IMG/VR virus record: IMGVR_UViG_3300047546_000805
Span: 1-63,790 of that record
Strand: one strand, 5' to 3'
DNA from: a virus
Lineage: Duplodnaviria > Caudoviricetes
Length of the DNA stretch: 63,790 nt
Notes under the pieces: generated by a model
The model's database searches: none
Seen by the model: the letters and a program-made list of their open reading frames with translations, nothing else
What the model was told of the DNA's origin: nothing
In this document: positions 1-9,019 of the stretch, one piece after another
Numbering within the stretch: position 1 is the stretch's first letter
Layout: each line of letters starts with the position of its first letter
Translations under genes and position numbers: made by a program

Positions 1-311
1 TTTTCTTCCCCGTACGCCTTCTGGAACATGGCCTGAATTCGGTCATGGACATAATTCCCATTGTCCATGTTGAGGGCTCCGGTGGCGTCCGTATTCTCTA
101 TGTAATCGGCCCCATCAAACGCCATATGCCAGTAGCGGGCACACGTACCATGACCATATCCGACAGCGCTCGGGCTAAAGGATTTCTTGGTCTTGAATTT
201 GGGCTCGTTGTCACCAACTATAGTCTTCTCAATCTTCTCTGCAATGGCATGTGCGTCTAGGACGCCGGGGGCGGAAGGCCTAGTTAGGTTTGCTTTTCTG
301 GTAAAATACAT
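1..311 (-). CDS. Cas4-like PD-(D/E)XK exonuclease, N-terminal part (runs off the window)
   Basis: Not in the ORF track. Read by hand from ATG at 311: MYFTRKANL...KTKKSFSPSAVGYGHGTCARYWHMAFDG...NMDNGNYVHDRIQ. The SPS-x6-C-x-R-YW and G-x-x-x-H-x-x-IQ motifs are typical of phage Cas4-like nucleases. Confidence 0.7.
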   Translation of the reverse strand, partial: MYFTRKANLTRPSAPGVLDAHAIAEKIEKTIVGDNEPKFKTKKSFSPSAVGYGHGTCARYWHMAFDGADYIENTDATGALNMDNGNYVHDRIQAMFQKAYGEE

Positions 312-313
312 AC

Positions 314-652
314 TCACTTCACAAAATATTTAAGGGCGCTGACCAGTTTGTCGATCTCTTCTGCAATCGTGTAGTAGAGATTCTTCCGGTGGGCATTCGC
401 CTGTACTTCCTCTTTAGTATTACCCTTATTTATTGTCTGGTAAACCTTGGCTTTGATCGAGCACTGGGCGGCGATTGCCTGCAACTTCACCACAAGATTG
501 GGAACCTTGTAGATCGGTACGTCTGGATTCGCTATCAGTCTTATTATATCAGATAGTGCCTCATCGAGCACCTCGTCCTGCATAAACTCATGAAGATCAT
601 TTAGTTCTGTTACCGTACTAATGAGTTCAAGAACGTTCTCTCTGTCAGCCAT
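314..652 (-). CDS. Hypothetical helical phage protein
   Basis: 112-aa ORF tightly packed in the operon. Confidence 0.7.
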   Translation of the reverse strand: MADRENVLELISTVTELNDLHEFMQDEVLDEALSDIIRLIANPDVPIYKVPNLVVKLQAIAAQCSIKAKVYQTINKGNTKEEVQANAHRKNLYYTIAEEIDKLVSALKYFVK

Positions 653-947
653 CCCGATCCTTCGTCAATTCGTTGAACACCGTCTCTGATATTACATAGA
701 GACGGACCTTGTTGTTGCCCTCCCCAAGAATAATCTTGAGGGCGGGTTCTACATTGAACCCGCCGACCCGGAAAGCATCAGTACAAATCTTAGCCCAGTT
801 ATCCAGGTTCAAGGTGAAACCCTTAGGGTATTCCTTATAGTCTATCACAAAACCTCGGTAGGTGGCGTCGCCCTTCTGGATCTTGCCCCGGCCAGAATTC
901 TTCTGCGCCTTGGCTCCATCCCGCTTGATTTCAGACTTTTCAGACAT
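645..947 (-). CDS. Holliday junction resolvase (PD-(D/E)XK, archaeal Hjc-like)
   Basis: E-x9-KNSGRG-x2-KGDA...IDYKE pattern; lies near recA and the exonuclease. Confidence 0.7.
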   Translation of the reverse strand: MSEKSEIKRDGAKAQKNSGRGKIQKGDATYRGFVIDYKEYPKGFTLNLDNWAKICTDAFRVGGFNVEPALKIILGEGNNKVRLYVISETVFNELTKDRDG

Positions 948-1294
948 CAGTACGGATCCACGAATCCCTGATCTGGCGGGTTCACCATTTGATATGTCTC
1001 TTCGAAAATATCAGGCTTGCACGGATATAACTCGCCCTGCACGCCCTTAATAATCCAGTCATTTTCTCTGCCGACCATAAGCCCCTCTAGGGTCGGAATC
1101 AATAAACCTAGTGTGTCTTCATTTCGATGATGTTGGGGCTCATCTGTTGGCTCACCATTAATATCTATCCAGGTGCCCTCGGGCTTACCATCCACCAACC
1201 TACCAACGTCAACGAAATCGCAAATCTCTGACCAGTTAGCCCATGTCAACTGTACCGCTTCAATGACTACTGGCTTTTTTCTAAACTTAGCCAT
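947..1294 (-). CDS. Conserved phage protein (KFRKKPVVIEAVQ ... GELYPCKPDIF family)
   Basis: Recognisable widespread motif set; start at 1294 overlaps the upstream stop (TAATG). Confidence 0.75.
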   Translation of the reverse strand: MAKFRKKPVVIEAVQLTWANWSEICDFVDVGRLVDGKPEGTWIDINGEPTDEPQHHRNEDTLGLLIPTLEGLMVGRENDWIIKGVQGELYPCKPDIFEETYQMVNPPDQGFVDPY

Positions 1295-1470
1295 TACTCC
1301 ATCCATCCAAACTCTAGAACTGTTACAAAGCCGCAGTCCTGGCAGTATGCCGAGAACTTGCTGCCTTTTCTTGTGACGTTAGTCTTGGGGGAGTTGCACT
1401 CTTCGCAAGAAATGCTCACGTCGGAGGGCTCGTCCTCATCTTTCTTTACCAGGTCATAGAACGACGGCAT
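1294..1470 (-). CDS. Small zinc-ribbon protein (58 aa)
   Basis: Not in the ORF track: MPSFYDLVKKDEDEPSDVSISCEECNSPKTNVTRKGSKFSAYCQDCGFVTVLEFGWME. Two CxxC motifs; fills the gap and couples to the next gene. Confidence 0.7.
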   Translation of the reverse strand: MPSFYDLVKKDEDEPSDVSISCEECNSPKTNVTRKGSKFSAYCQDCGFVTVLEFGWME

Positions 1471-2449
1471 AGAGAGCCTCTTCTAATTGCTGCGCCACTT
1501 CTGGATTTTCTCTAAGGTAAGCAGACACCGCCCGCTCGCCCTGAATCTTTTCACCATTAAATGCGAACCAAGCGCCGCTCTTCTGGATCAAGCCGTACAA
1601 CACGGCATACTTGACTAGTTCAGAATACTGATCGATTCCGATGTTGTCGCCCATGAAATAGAAGTCGTATTCTCCGCGCTGGCCGCGCTCGGACTGCTTA
1701 TTGAACTCAACATTCCAGACAACCGGCCTACCAACAGTGCGCTCAATCAGGGCGTCACCGACAGGGATCTTTTGTTTGATAGCCTCAGACTCCGACTCTG
1801 ATGAGAACAGTTTAGTTATCGTGCTACTGTTGTGCTTGATCCGGTTTCCGCCGTGAAAGCCCATCTTCGTATAGGTCGGGTTGATCTCGGTGGTCTGCTG
1901 GCTGATGAAGAGCAGCAAGGTATTCTTATTGACACCCATGAGCATGGACGACATCTTCCCGACATCCTTGGAGAAATTACCGATCTGTCCGGTTTTCTCG
2001 AAGTTCTTCAACTCGTCCTCATCCCAATATGCGGACGGCAGAATCGAAGAAATACTGTCAATCACAAGGATGTCAACGCCAGCCTTGATCATATCTGTAG
2101 CGGTGTTGGTAACGTTGGCAGCAGAGATATCCTCAGAGATAATAGTCTGAGAGGAGTCCATTCCTAGCCTCTCTGCCCATGCCGGATCGAATGTCTTTTC
2201 GCAGTCGAACCATGCGACGGTCTTACCCTCCTGCTGGGCGAGGCCACAGGTTTGCATCAGCATACTTGTTTTGCCTGCGGACTTATTGCCCCAGACTAGG
2301 TGCTGCCTACCATAGACAAAGCCGCCCTTAAGAGCGATGTTGAGACCGAGACTTGCCGTTCGCTGCTTCTCGATTTTTACGTCCTGGGCTAGTTTTAGCC
2401 GGGCCCTTGTCTTTGGATCTAGGCTTGCTAGAAAGTTTTCGTTGCTCAT
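1454..2449 (-). CDS. recA: RecA-like recombinase
   Basis: Walker A GNKSAGKT, Walker B ILVIDS, GG-x-x-IKH-N-SS, and C-terminal IQKSGAWF...KIQG. Confidence 0.92.
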   Translation of the reverse strand: MSNENFLASLDPKTRARLKLAQDVKIEKQRTASLGLNIALKGGFVYGRQHLVWGNKSAGKTSMLMQTCGLAQQEGKTVAWFDCEKTFDPAWAERLGMDSSQTIISEDISAANVTNTATDMIKAGVDILVIDSISSILPSAYWDEDELKNFEKTGQIGNFSKDVGKMSSMLMGVNKNTLLLFISQQTTEINPTYTKMGFHGGNRIKHNSSTITKLFSSESESEAIKQKIPVGDALIERTVGRPVVWNVEFNKQSERGQRGEYDFYFMGDNIGIDQYSELVKYAVLYGLIQKSGAWFAFNGEKIQGERAVSAYLRENPEVAQQLEEALYAVVL

Positions 2450-2606
2450 TTAGGCTTTCCTCTAACTGCTCCACAATCGCATCTACGTCTTTATCCTTGT
2501 AGACCTTGAGAGCCTGAATTATTTTTTCTATCTTCTCTTTGTCGAAACTTCGTACGACGAGGATGTATTCGTTCTCGGATCCCTCCAGGAAATAGGCGCT
2601 AGGCAT
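2328..2606 (-). CDS. Hypothetical protein
   Basis: Fills the gap between mazG and recA; its 3' end overlaps recA by about 120 nt; start uncertain. Confidence 0.55.
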   Translation of the reverse strand: MPSAYFLEGSENEYILVVRSFDKEKIEKIIQALKVYKDKDVDAIVEQLEESLNEQRKLSSKPRSKDKGPAKTSPGRKNREAANGKSRSQHRS

Positions 2607-2610
2607 GAAA

Positions 2611-2934
2611 TCACGCAAGGTTTCCATGCAACTTCGGTCTTTCCATATTGACCATCGCCTTGTTCAGTATAGCATCCTCTAGGCTGCCTTGTAACCACCC
2701 GCTCGCCCTCATTCCAGCGTAAAGGTCCAGTAGGCGAATGATGATATCAGCCATTTCTTCTAGAATCTTTTCGCTGCCCTGATCTTTTCTGATTGCTTCT
2801 AGAGTCTCCGAGACTTCGGAGTGAACTAGCGCCAACTTCGCAAGTACAAAATGTATCTCTACGTCGTCGTCCCAGAACCCCTTAGACTTTGCGGTCTGGT
2901 GGAGGTTTAGTGCAAGCCCGTCAATTGACGTCAT
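2611..2934 (-). CDS. MazG-like nucleotide pyrophosphohydrolase
   Basis: KLALVHSEVSETLEAIRK...EEMADIIIRLLD (EXXE...EXXD motif). Confidence 0.88.
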   Translation of the reverse strand: MTSIDGLALNLHQTAKSKGFWDDDVEIHFVLAKLALVHSEVSETLEAIRKDQGSEKILEEMADIIIRLLDLYAGMRASGWLQGSLEDAILNKAMVNMERPKLHGNLA

Positions 2935-3139
2935 TGTCTGTCGCACCTACCAGGGCGATAACTACCGACTCAAGGTCGTCAGAGAAGTTGATTGACACTA
3001 CCTCTTCCTCGAAATCAGAAATGTAGTTCTCGGTAAATTCTTCTGCGCTGCACTCGAACGGGCCGAACTGCTTAAGAATGGTGAAGAATAGCCGATTAAC
3101 GTCTAGTGGCGGGTTCTCTTCAAGGTTTTCTTCGCTCAC
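2921..3139 (-). CDS. Small acidic hypothetical protein
   Basis: 72 aa, D/E-rich, overlaps both neighbours. Confidence 0.6.
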   Translation of the reverse strand: MSEENLEENPPLDVNRLFFTILKQFGPFECSAEEFTENYISDFEEEVVSINFSDDLESVVIALVGATDNDVN

Positions 3140-6100
3140 TGTAAATCTCCTTTACAAATAGTGCGCCTGACTTTAGTCTAGCCAGACTCAGCGGTACTGT
3201 CCTTCCTGGGATCATCCGGCCCAGGCCAGTCCTGAATAGGTCTTCGAATACCATGACCTTGCGCATCTCGCCCTCGTCATTGACGATGACAGAATACGCC
3301 ATCTTTTTCTTAGCCTTGGTGATGTATGGGCTGAAAGACACAACATACTGGTATCCGGTCTTATGCTCTATACTACCAGACAAATATTTAACCATCGGAT
3401 TATCCGGGTTGTCCTTGATTTCATGGGCCGGGATCAACTCCTGTACTCGGTTGTCCGAGACGAGCATCAGGTACATCATACCCTTTTCTATCTCGGTGTC
3501 CCCGCTTGTGAATACGGCAGCCTGTCCAGACTCGTCAACGAAATCTGCCAGTTTCCAGCCCTTGCCGATTCTCACGTCCGTCACCATAGCCATGATGAAG
3601 AATGTACCCTCTTCATCGTATTCTGAGGCCGGTGTACATCCCAGCAGAACACCGGCTGGTACAGACGACGTGTCGAATTTCGGAACAAGCATGTATTCGT
3701 AGTAGTGCTGCGACTCTTTGCCTGTTCGTGGGTTGTCTGGGAATTCGGCCGCTCCGACCAGATCAAGCGCCTTGACCATGTTGCTGCTGATTCCGTTACC
3801 AGTCTCATCAACCAGATCAGATAATTGCTTGAACGAGGTAAACGGGCGGTGGCGAATCAGAGCAGGAGCAGAGCGCTCGGTAATGAACTTGATATTGCCA
3901 AGCCCAATCCTGATGGCGTCGCCCTCTAGTTCGTAGGTTAGTCCAGACACGTTTACGTGTGGTAGGAGTACCTTGATTCCTAGCCGCTTCGCCTCAATTA
4001 GGTACCCGGTAATGCTAGGCTTGTCATCCTCGTTGCGCAAAAGCGCACACATGTATTCGTGCTTGTAGTAATACTTGAGCCATGCGGTCCAGTACGAAAC
4101 ACGAGAATACGCTACAGCGTGACTCTTGTTGAACGAATATCCAGCGTGAGCCTCGAAGTCGTGCCACAGTTGCTCGGCCTGCTCCTGAGTAATGTGCTGG
4201 GTAGCGCCCTCGATAAACTTGGCGCGGAACGCATCGAACTTGTGCGGATCCTTTTTCTTTCCGATGATGCTACGAATCTCGTCAGCCTCGGACCAGGAGA
4301 ACCCACCCAACTTCACACAGGCGAGCATGACTTGCTCCTGGTAAATGATCAGGCCATAGGTGTCCTTAGTGATTTCGTCAAGAATTGGGTGAGGGGTCTT
4401 CACCTGCTCCCGCCCCTGCTTACGAGCGATGTAGGACTTTCCTACGGTGTTCTTCGCGCCAGGACGTACCAGGGCGTTAGACACAACTAGTTCATCGAAG
4501 TTGTCGCATCCCATTTCGATGATCAGATTTGTAGACGGGTTTGCCTCGGCCTGGAACACACCCTTAGTAAAGCCCTTGGAGATCATGCTATATACCTTTG
4601 GATCATCCATAGGGATTTGCAGCGGATCGATGTCTACTCCATGACGGTCCTTGATCATCTCTATTGCGTCAGCAATCACAGAAAGCGTCTTGACTCCGAG
4701 CATATCGATCTTGATGAGCCCGATGTCAGCGATTTCCTCCTTATCCAGCGCAATTACTGGAATCTTAGTCTTGGAATCGTCGTTCGGCATAGTCCGCGTC
4801 TCGATAGGCGCGTACTTCTCAATAGGCTTGTTGGAGATTACCAGACCGCCCGCGTGCATTCCACTGGCCCTAATGTGGCCGCGTAGTTTTCTTGCAAGGA
4901 CTAGAACCTCAGGGTACTTATTTCTGAATTCCTGAGTCAGCGGAGAATCCTCGAACTGCTCGAATGTCTCAATTTCCTTAGTCGCCTTGTTCACAATGGA
5001 AACAGGAATGCCAAGAACTCGCGCGGCGTCCTTGATAACGCCCTTGTCAGCAAAGGTGTTGTAGTTCGAGACGGACGCTACGTGCTTGAATTTTTTGGTC
5101 GCGTATTCCTTCACCTCGTTACGGCGGCGACCCTCAATGTCTACGTCGATGTCAGGATAGTCGTTACGGTCCTCGTTGATGAATCGTGCGAACAGTAGGC
5201 CATAGTCGAGAGGGTTGATTTCTGTGATGTACAGACAGTAGGCTAGAAGACTACCGGCTGATGATCCTCTACCCGGCCCGACCATGATATTGTTTTTCTT
5301 GCAGTACGCCACAAGATCGCCAACGGCAAGGAAGTACGCGGAGAAGTTCTTTTTGATGACGATATCGATTTCCATATCAAGGCGCTTACGGGCCTCTGGG
5401 TTCTGGCCCAGCCCACGACTTTCGAGACCTAGATAGGCCTGCTCTTTCATAACCTCGCCAGCATCACGCTTCGGACGTGGCAGGGCGTCTACTCCCTGGT
5501 GGTAGTCGTAGTCACCGATCTTGCTCAGCACGTCAAGTGTGTTGTCGTAAATATCCTCGCGGGTAATCTCCTGCTTCTGGAAATCCGTATAGATGTCGGG
5601 GCGGGACTGAACGAACAACTTAAACTGCTCAAACGTCATGGTACGCTCAGGATATAGAGCATTCAGGCGCTCGAACATATCCTTGAAGCGCTTGGTTGTG
5701 TCGTAACTTTCCTCGTCATTTTTCTTCGGCTTCGTGGACAGGATCAGCAGGGCGTCTTCAATCCACTTATCCTCTTCACGGGCATAGTGACAGTCGGAGG
5801 TTACGATAGGCTTGATAGAATACTGGTCGGCAAGGCGCAGAAGATTTTGATTGGTCACGAGCGGATTGTGAGTCTGGACCTCCATATAGAAGTCGTCATC
5901 GAATTCCTCCTTGAACCAGCGAGTCAGCGCATCAGCCTCTTCGAAGTCCTCCCGCTCGATTGCCTTTGCGATCAGCCCATTAAGGCAGCCACTAAGAACG
6001 ATGATTCCGTCCTTGTGCTGCGCCAGTAATTCGCGGTCAATACGTGGCTTGTAGTAATATCCGTTAGTCCACGCCTCTGTGGACATCTTGTTGATATTCT

Positions 6101-6413
6101 CTACGCCAGTCTGATTCTTGGCAAGCAGGATGATGTGCGAATAAAGATTAGTATTATCGTCTCTAGATTTGACTGGTCTCTTGTCAAATCTATCTGTTGG
6201 AGAAATGTAAGCCTCCACGCCTAAGATTGGAACTATTCCGGCATTCCTAGCAGCCCTCTGCAACTCTCTATGCCCAGAGAGTGTCCCGTGATCTGTCAGG
6301 GCCATGCCCGGCTGCCCCATGTCCTTAGCGGCCTGAATTAACTCAGTTGGAGAGTTGAGCCCGTCCAAAAGAGAGTAGTGGCTATGACTGTGCAAATGGA
6401 TGAAGTCGCTCAC
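3120..6413 (-). CDS. dnaE: DNA polymerase III alpha subunit (family C)
   Basis: PHP domain HLHSHSHYSLLDG and TDHG; GPGRGSSAGSL; catalytic PDIDVD; KIDMLG; YSFNKSHAVAY. Confidence 0.97.
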   Translation of the reverse strand: MSDFIHLHSHSHYSLLDGLNSPTELIQAAKDMGQPGMALTDHGTLSGHRELQRAARNAGIVPILGVEAYISPTDRFDKRPVKSRDDNTNLYSHIILLAKNQTGVENINKMSTEAWTNGYYYKPRIDRELLAQHKDGIIVLSGCLNGLIAKAIEREDFEEADALTRWFKEEFDDDFYMEVQTHNPLVTNQNLLRLADQYSIKPIVTSDCHYAREEDKWIEDALLILSTKPKKNDEESYDTTKRFKDMFERLNALYPERTMTFEQFKLFVQSRPDIYTDFQKQEITREDIYDNTLDVLSKIGDYDYHQGVDALPRPKRDAGEVMKEQAYLGLESRGLGQNPEARKRLDMEIDIVIKKNFSAYFLAVGDLVAYCKKNNIMVGPGRGSSAGSLLAYCLYITEINPLDYGLLFARFINEDRNDYPDIDVDIEGRRRNEVKEYATKKFKHVASVSNYNTFADKGVIKDAARVLGIPVSIVNKATKEIETFEQFEDSPLTQEFRNKYPEVLVLARKLRGHIRASGMHAGGLVISNKPIEKYAPIETRTMPNDDSKTKIPVIALDKEEIADIGLIKIDMLGVKTLSVIADAIEMIKDRHGVDIDPLQIPMDDPKVYSMISKGFTKGVFQAEANPSTNLIIEMGCDNFDELVVSNALVRPGAKNTVGKSYIARKQGREQVKTPHPILDEITKDTYGLIIYQEQVMLACVKLGGFSWSEADEIRSIIGKKKDPHKFDAFRAKFIEGATQHITQEQAEQLWHDFEAHAGYSFNKSHAVAYSRVSYWTAWLKYYYKHEYMCALLRNEDDKPSITGYLIEAKRLGIKVLLPHVNVSGLTYELEGDAIRIGLGNIKFITERSAPALIRHRPFTSFKQLSDLVDETGNGISSNMVKALDLVGAAEFPDNPRTGKESQHYYEYMLVPKFDTSSVPAGVLLGCTPASEYDEEGTFFIMAMVTDVRIGKGWKLADFVDESGQAAVFTSGDTEIEKGMMYLMLVSDNRVQELIPAHEIKDNPDNPMVKYLSGSIEHKTGYQYVVSFSPYITKAKKKMAYSVIVNDEGEMRKVMVFEDLFRTGLGRMIPGRTVPLSLARLKSGALFVKEIYSERRKP

Positions 6414-6916
6414 TGATTCCTTTTCCTTTTTCTATAGTTTCTGCTGTGCTCTCGTGAGCACTCCCTGCACTGCCTTGCTCCGACACTATTAGTGTATTCG
6501 TTTATCGACATATCGTGCCCCCACTTACAGAATTTCATTCTCTCAATTTTTAGCGCTAGATATTCCTCATATGCTTTAAATGTTTTGGAGGCGTCGCTAC
6601 GCTTTTGCTCGGATAGCCAGGGCCACATCTGTTTTATACATGAAGATATCTGATCAGGGGCCTGAAGTCGATACCGAAACGCATTACTATTGCCTGGTAT
6701 ATTACCCTCGACCACTCCAAACCCAAAAATATCTCTAAACTGATCAAGTATCTCTGTGCTATACCACTGTGTAATAGTTAATCTTAGAGACGGATATGAT
6801 ATTCCACTCACTCGCGGCTGCATAGAATAACCAATATGGCCCTCTCCATTGAATATTCCAGCCGCGTATGCTATTTTTGCGTCATTACTTTGTGATAAAA
6901 GATAACCGTTATCCAT
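6410..6916 (-). CDS. Free-standing LAGLIDADG homing endonuclease with C-terminal Cys/His zinc finger
   Basis: YAAGIFNGEGHI motif, then LTITQ...ILDQFRDIFGFGVV; C-terminal CKWGH...RQCREC; AT-richer than its neighbours. Confidence 0.8.
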   Translation of the reverse strand: MDNGYLLSQSNDAKIAYAAGIFNGEGHIGYSMQPRVSGISYPSLRLTITQWYSTEILDQFRDIFGFGVVEGNIPGNSNAFRYRLQAPDQISSCIKQMWPWLSEQKRSDASKTFKAYEEYLALKIERMKFCKWGHDMSINEYTNSVGARQCRECSREHSRNYRKRKRNQ

Positions 6917-6937
6917 TTATATCCTATTCATGGTCAG

Positions 6938-6965
6938 GGGAGGGGCAGCCGTAGCCACCCCTCCC
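6938..6965 (-). terminator. Strong RNA hairpin after ssb (terminator or processing site)
   Basis: Minus strand GGGAGGGGTGGC-TACG-GCTGCCCCTCCC: 12-bp stem with two G-U pairs, fully paired only on this strand, and a cUACGg tetraloop; no U-tract. Confidence 0.7.
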
Positions 6966-6978
6966 ACTGTATCATAGA

Positions 6979-7671
6979 TCAGACCCACTCAGTAGAAGGC
7001 GGGGTCGCTGCCTGTGTTGTCTCCACACCAGCGGAATTGAAGAATTCCTCCTGCTCCTCGTAAGGAACGTCACGAACAGCAATCTTGTCAAGGTCATAAA
7101 CCTCGTAAGACTCTGGATCGAAAGTGGTGTCTTCCTTTAGCGAAGGGACCAGCGACCATGCGGTGTCACGGCCAGTGCCCTTGCGAGAAAGGGTGAAAAC
7201 GCGGTCGGTGATCGCACCAGCGGAAATAGCCAGGTTCACGATATCCTCGGCAACACCCTTCGGGCCGAAGCCCTGCGAGAGAATCGCAACGTAGCGGTCC
7301 TCTTCCTTGCCAGTTGGGTCTACCAGGACGTTTGCGTAGAGACGCCCGCGCTTGCGCCAGCGGCCCTTCTTTTCCTTGGGAACGGTGTCGTCCTTGTAAT
7401 CGGCACGGTACTGCTCACAACCATAGCAACGGTCCTCTTCGTCCATAGTACAAAGGGCCTTCGTCTGGAAATTGGTTGGGTGTACGTGCTCTTCGGCTGC
7501 AATTGCTAGCCCGTTAGTCCTAGAGTAGCGGGGAGATCCCGAATCAAACTCCTGCAAAAAGTAGATGTTCACGGACTTGCCGTCGTCTACCTTGAGCCAT
7601 GTGGCCTTTTCGCCACTCTCTTCGCGCTCTGTCATTCTCTTGAGCGCATCTAAACCTTTCTTCACTGCCAT
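6979..7671 (-). CDS. Single-stranded DNA-binding protein (T4 gp32-like)
   Basis: WLKVDDGKSV..F, a H...C...CYGC zinc site, LSRKGTGRDTAWSL, acidic tail ending EWV; located between primase and polymerase. Confidence 0.78.
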   Translation of the reverse strand: MAVKKGLDALKRMTEREESGEKATWLKVDDGKSVNIYFLQEFDSGSPRYSRTNGLAIAAEEHVHPTNFQTKALCTMDEEDRCYGCEQYRADYKDDTVPKEKKGRWRKRGRLYANVLVDPTGKEEDRYVAILSQGFGPKGVAEDIVNLAISAGAITDRVFTLSRKGTGRDTAWSLVPSLKEDTTFDPESYEVYDLDKIAVRDVPYEEQEEFFNSAGVETTQAATPPSTEWV

Positions 7672-7718
7672 GTTTTATCCTCCTGTTGTGGTGGCCTGTT
7701 CGAGCCACTGATAGATCT

Positions 7719-7727
7719 AGTATACCA
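7719..7727 (-). promoter_or_regulatory. Extended -10 promoter for ssb
   Basis: TGG-TATACT upstream of the AGGAGG RBS of ssb. Confidence 0.5.
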
Positions 7728-7731
7728 CAGA

Positions 7732-8778
7732 TCAATAAAGATCTAGACTTTGGTAAACATAGTTTGGTGTCGCGTTTTTGACGCACTGCTTGATCTGCTC
7801 GTCGGTCATGTCTGACACGTCCTTCGCTCCATCAGGGTACACCATACCATAGTCGTAGGTGCCCCATAGGACTTCCTTGCTGGATAGCCTTTTGGCGATG
7901 TGCTGCCCAAGATCGCGTCCAGCGTTGTGCCCTCTACAAACCTTCGGCATACACTGTGGGCACCGCTCCGGGTTGACGTGACGCTTTTTGACATCGAAGT
8001 CGGTGAAGATCACTATTCTGTTGAAGTACATATTGAGCAGGTGTATCTGCCTGTCCGATATATTGCCCCCAAGGATGGCTACCGCTCCCGGGAACCCCGC
8101 CTGCCACAGACGCATGGCATCGAATGATGCCTCAGTAACGTATGCGGTCTCATTGGCCCGAGCCGAATGAATGTTGAATAGTGTCTCATTCTTGGGCAAC
8201 TGCCACGTATTCTTGAATTCCTTGGAGTCGATGCCCCTACCTATGAAGCCTAGCCACTTACCGTCCGGGCTGCGCAGAGGAATAGTCACCGAGCGCTGCT
8301 TGTGTGAGTATCCGATCTTGAAATGCTTGAGGGTCTCGTCCTGAAACTTGCGCCCGTGCATGTATGCTAGACCGTCAGGCGTCTGTGGATTCCAGAGGTT
8401 CTGCTCTAGTGTTTCAAGGTCGGACTTGTTGTACTCTTTGAATTCTACCGGCTCCAACAGTCCTTCGAGTTCATCCTCAAAGTCTCCCTGGGTGATCTGC
8501 CCGTGCTTGAAAATCAGACGCCTGACCTCGAATTCGTTCTTCCTGGTCATATCCGACACAAGCATGGGTAGCGTGCCCTTTTTCCCGCAGGACGGGGAGA
8601 AGCACAGGAACGTACCCTTAGACTTGGATACTGCCATAGCAGGAGTGTCACGGTTGGGGTGGTAGGGGCAAAGACACTGGTAGTCGTTATGTGTCTCCCC
8701 CTCGATGATTATGCCAACCTCGCGTAGGACAGCCTTTACCTGCCTAGCGGTATAGTTTCCTGCCTTCATGGACGCCAT
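7732..8778 (-). CDS. dnaG: DNA primase (DnaG-like: zinc finger plus TOPRIM)
   Basis: CPYH..DTP...CFSPSC zinc finger; VTEASFDA and IFTDFD TOPRIM motifs; KDVSD. Likely start at 8778. Confidence 0.9.
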   Translation of the reverse strand: MASMKAGNYTARQVKAVLREVGIIIEGETHNDYQCLCPYHPNRDTPAMAVSKSKGTFLCFSPSCGKKGTLPMLVSDMTRKNEFEVRRLIFKHGQITQGDFEDELEGLLEPVEFKEYNKSDLETLEQNLWNPQTPDGLAYMHGRKFQDETLKHFKIGYSHKQRSVTIPLRSPDGKWLGFIGRGIDSKEFKNTWQLPKNETLFNIHSARANETAYVTEASFDAMRLWQAGFPGAVAILGGNISDRQIHLLNMYFNRIVIFTDFDVKKRHVNPERCPQCMPKVCRGHNAGRDLGQHIAKRLSSKEVLWGTYDYGMVYPDGAKDVSDMTDEQIKQCVKNATPNYVYQSLDLY

Positions 8779-9019
8779 AGATCTTGTGAGCCTCTTTTCC
8801 GCAATAAACACCATAGACGGAGTACAAGAAATTGTACGTTCCGTCCTGGTGGTTGTAGTCTAGCGAGAAGGCGTCTCCCATGTCAAGTACGTGGGCATAA
8901 CCCTTTTCGCGCATCATATCTAGGAGCAGCCGGTAATACTCATCTTTCAGACGTGGAATATCCTTATCGTCTGATATGACTCCATCTATTTTAAATAGTC
9001 TAACCGGCTGATGCTTCAC
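8744..9019 (-). CDS. Conserved hypothetical protein
   Basis: 91 aa, coupled to the dnaB stop. Confidence 0.65.
   Translation of the reverse strand: MKHQPVRLFKIDGVISDDKDIPRLKDEYYRLLLDMMREKGYAHVLDMGDAFSLDYNHQDGTYNFLYSVYGVYCGKEAHKIYGVHEGRKLYR

Noticed and set aside
6410-6978. Group I intron around the LAGLIDADG ORF
   Set aside because: Both flanking genes are intact and only about 60 nt of non-coding sequence is available.
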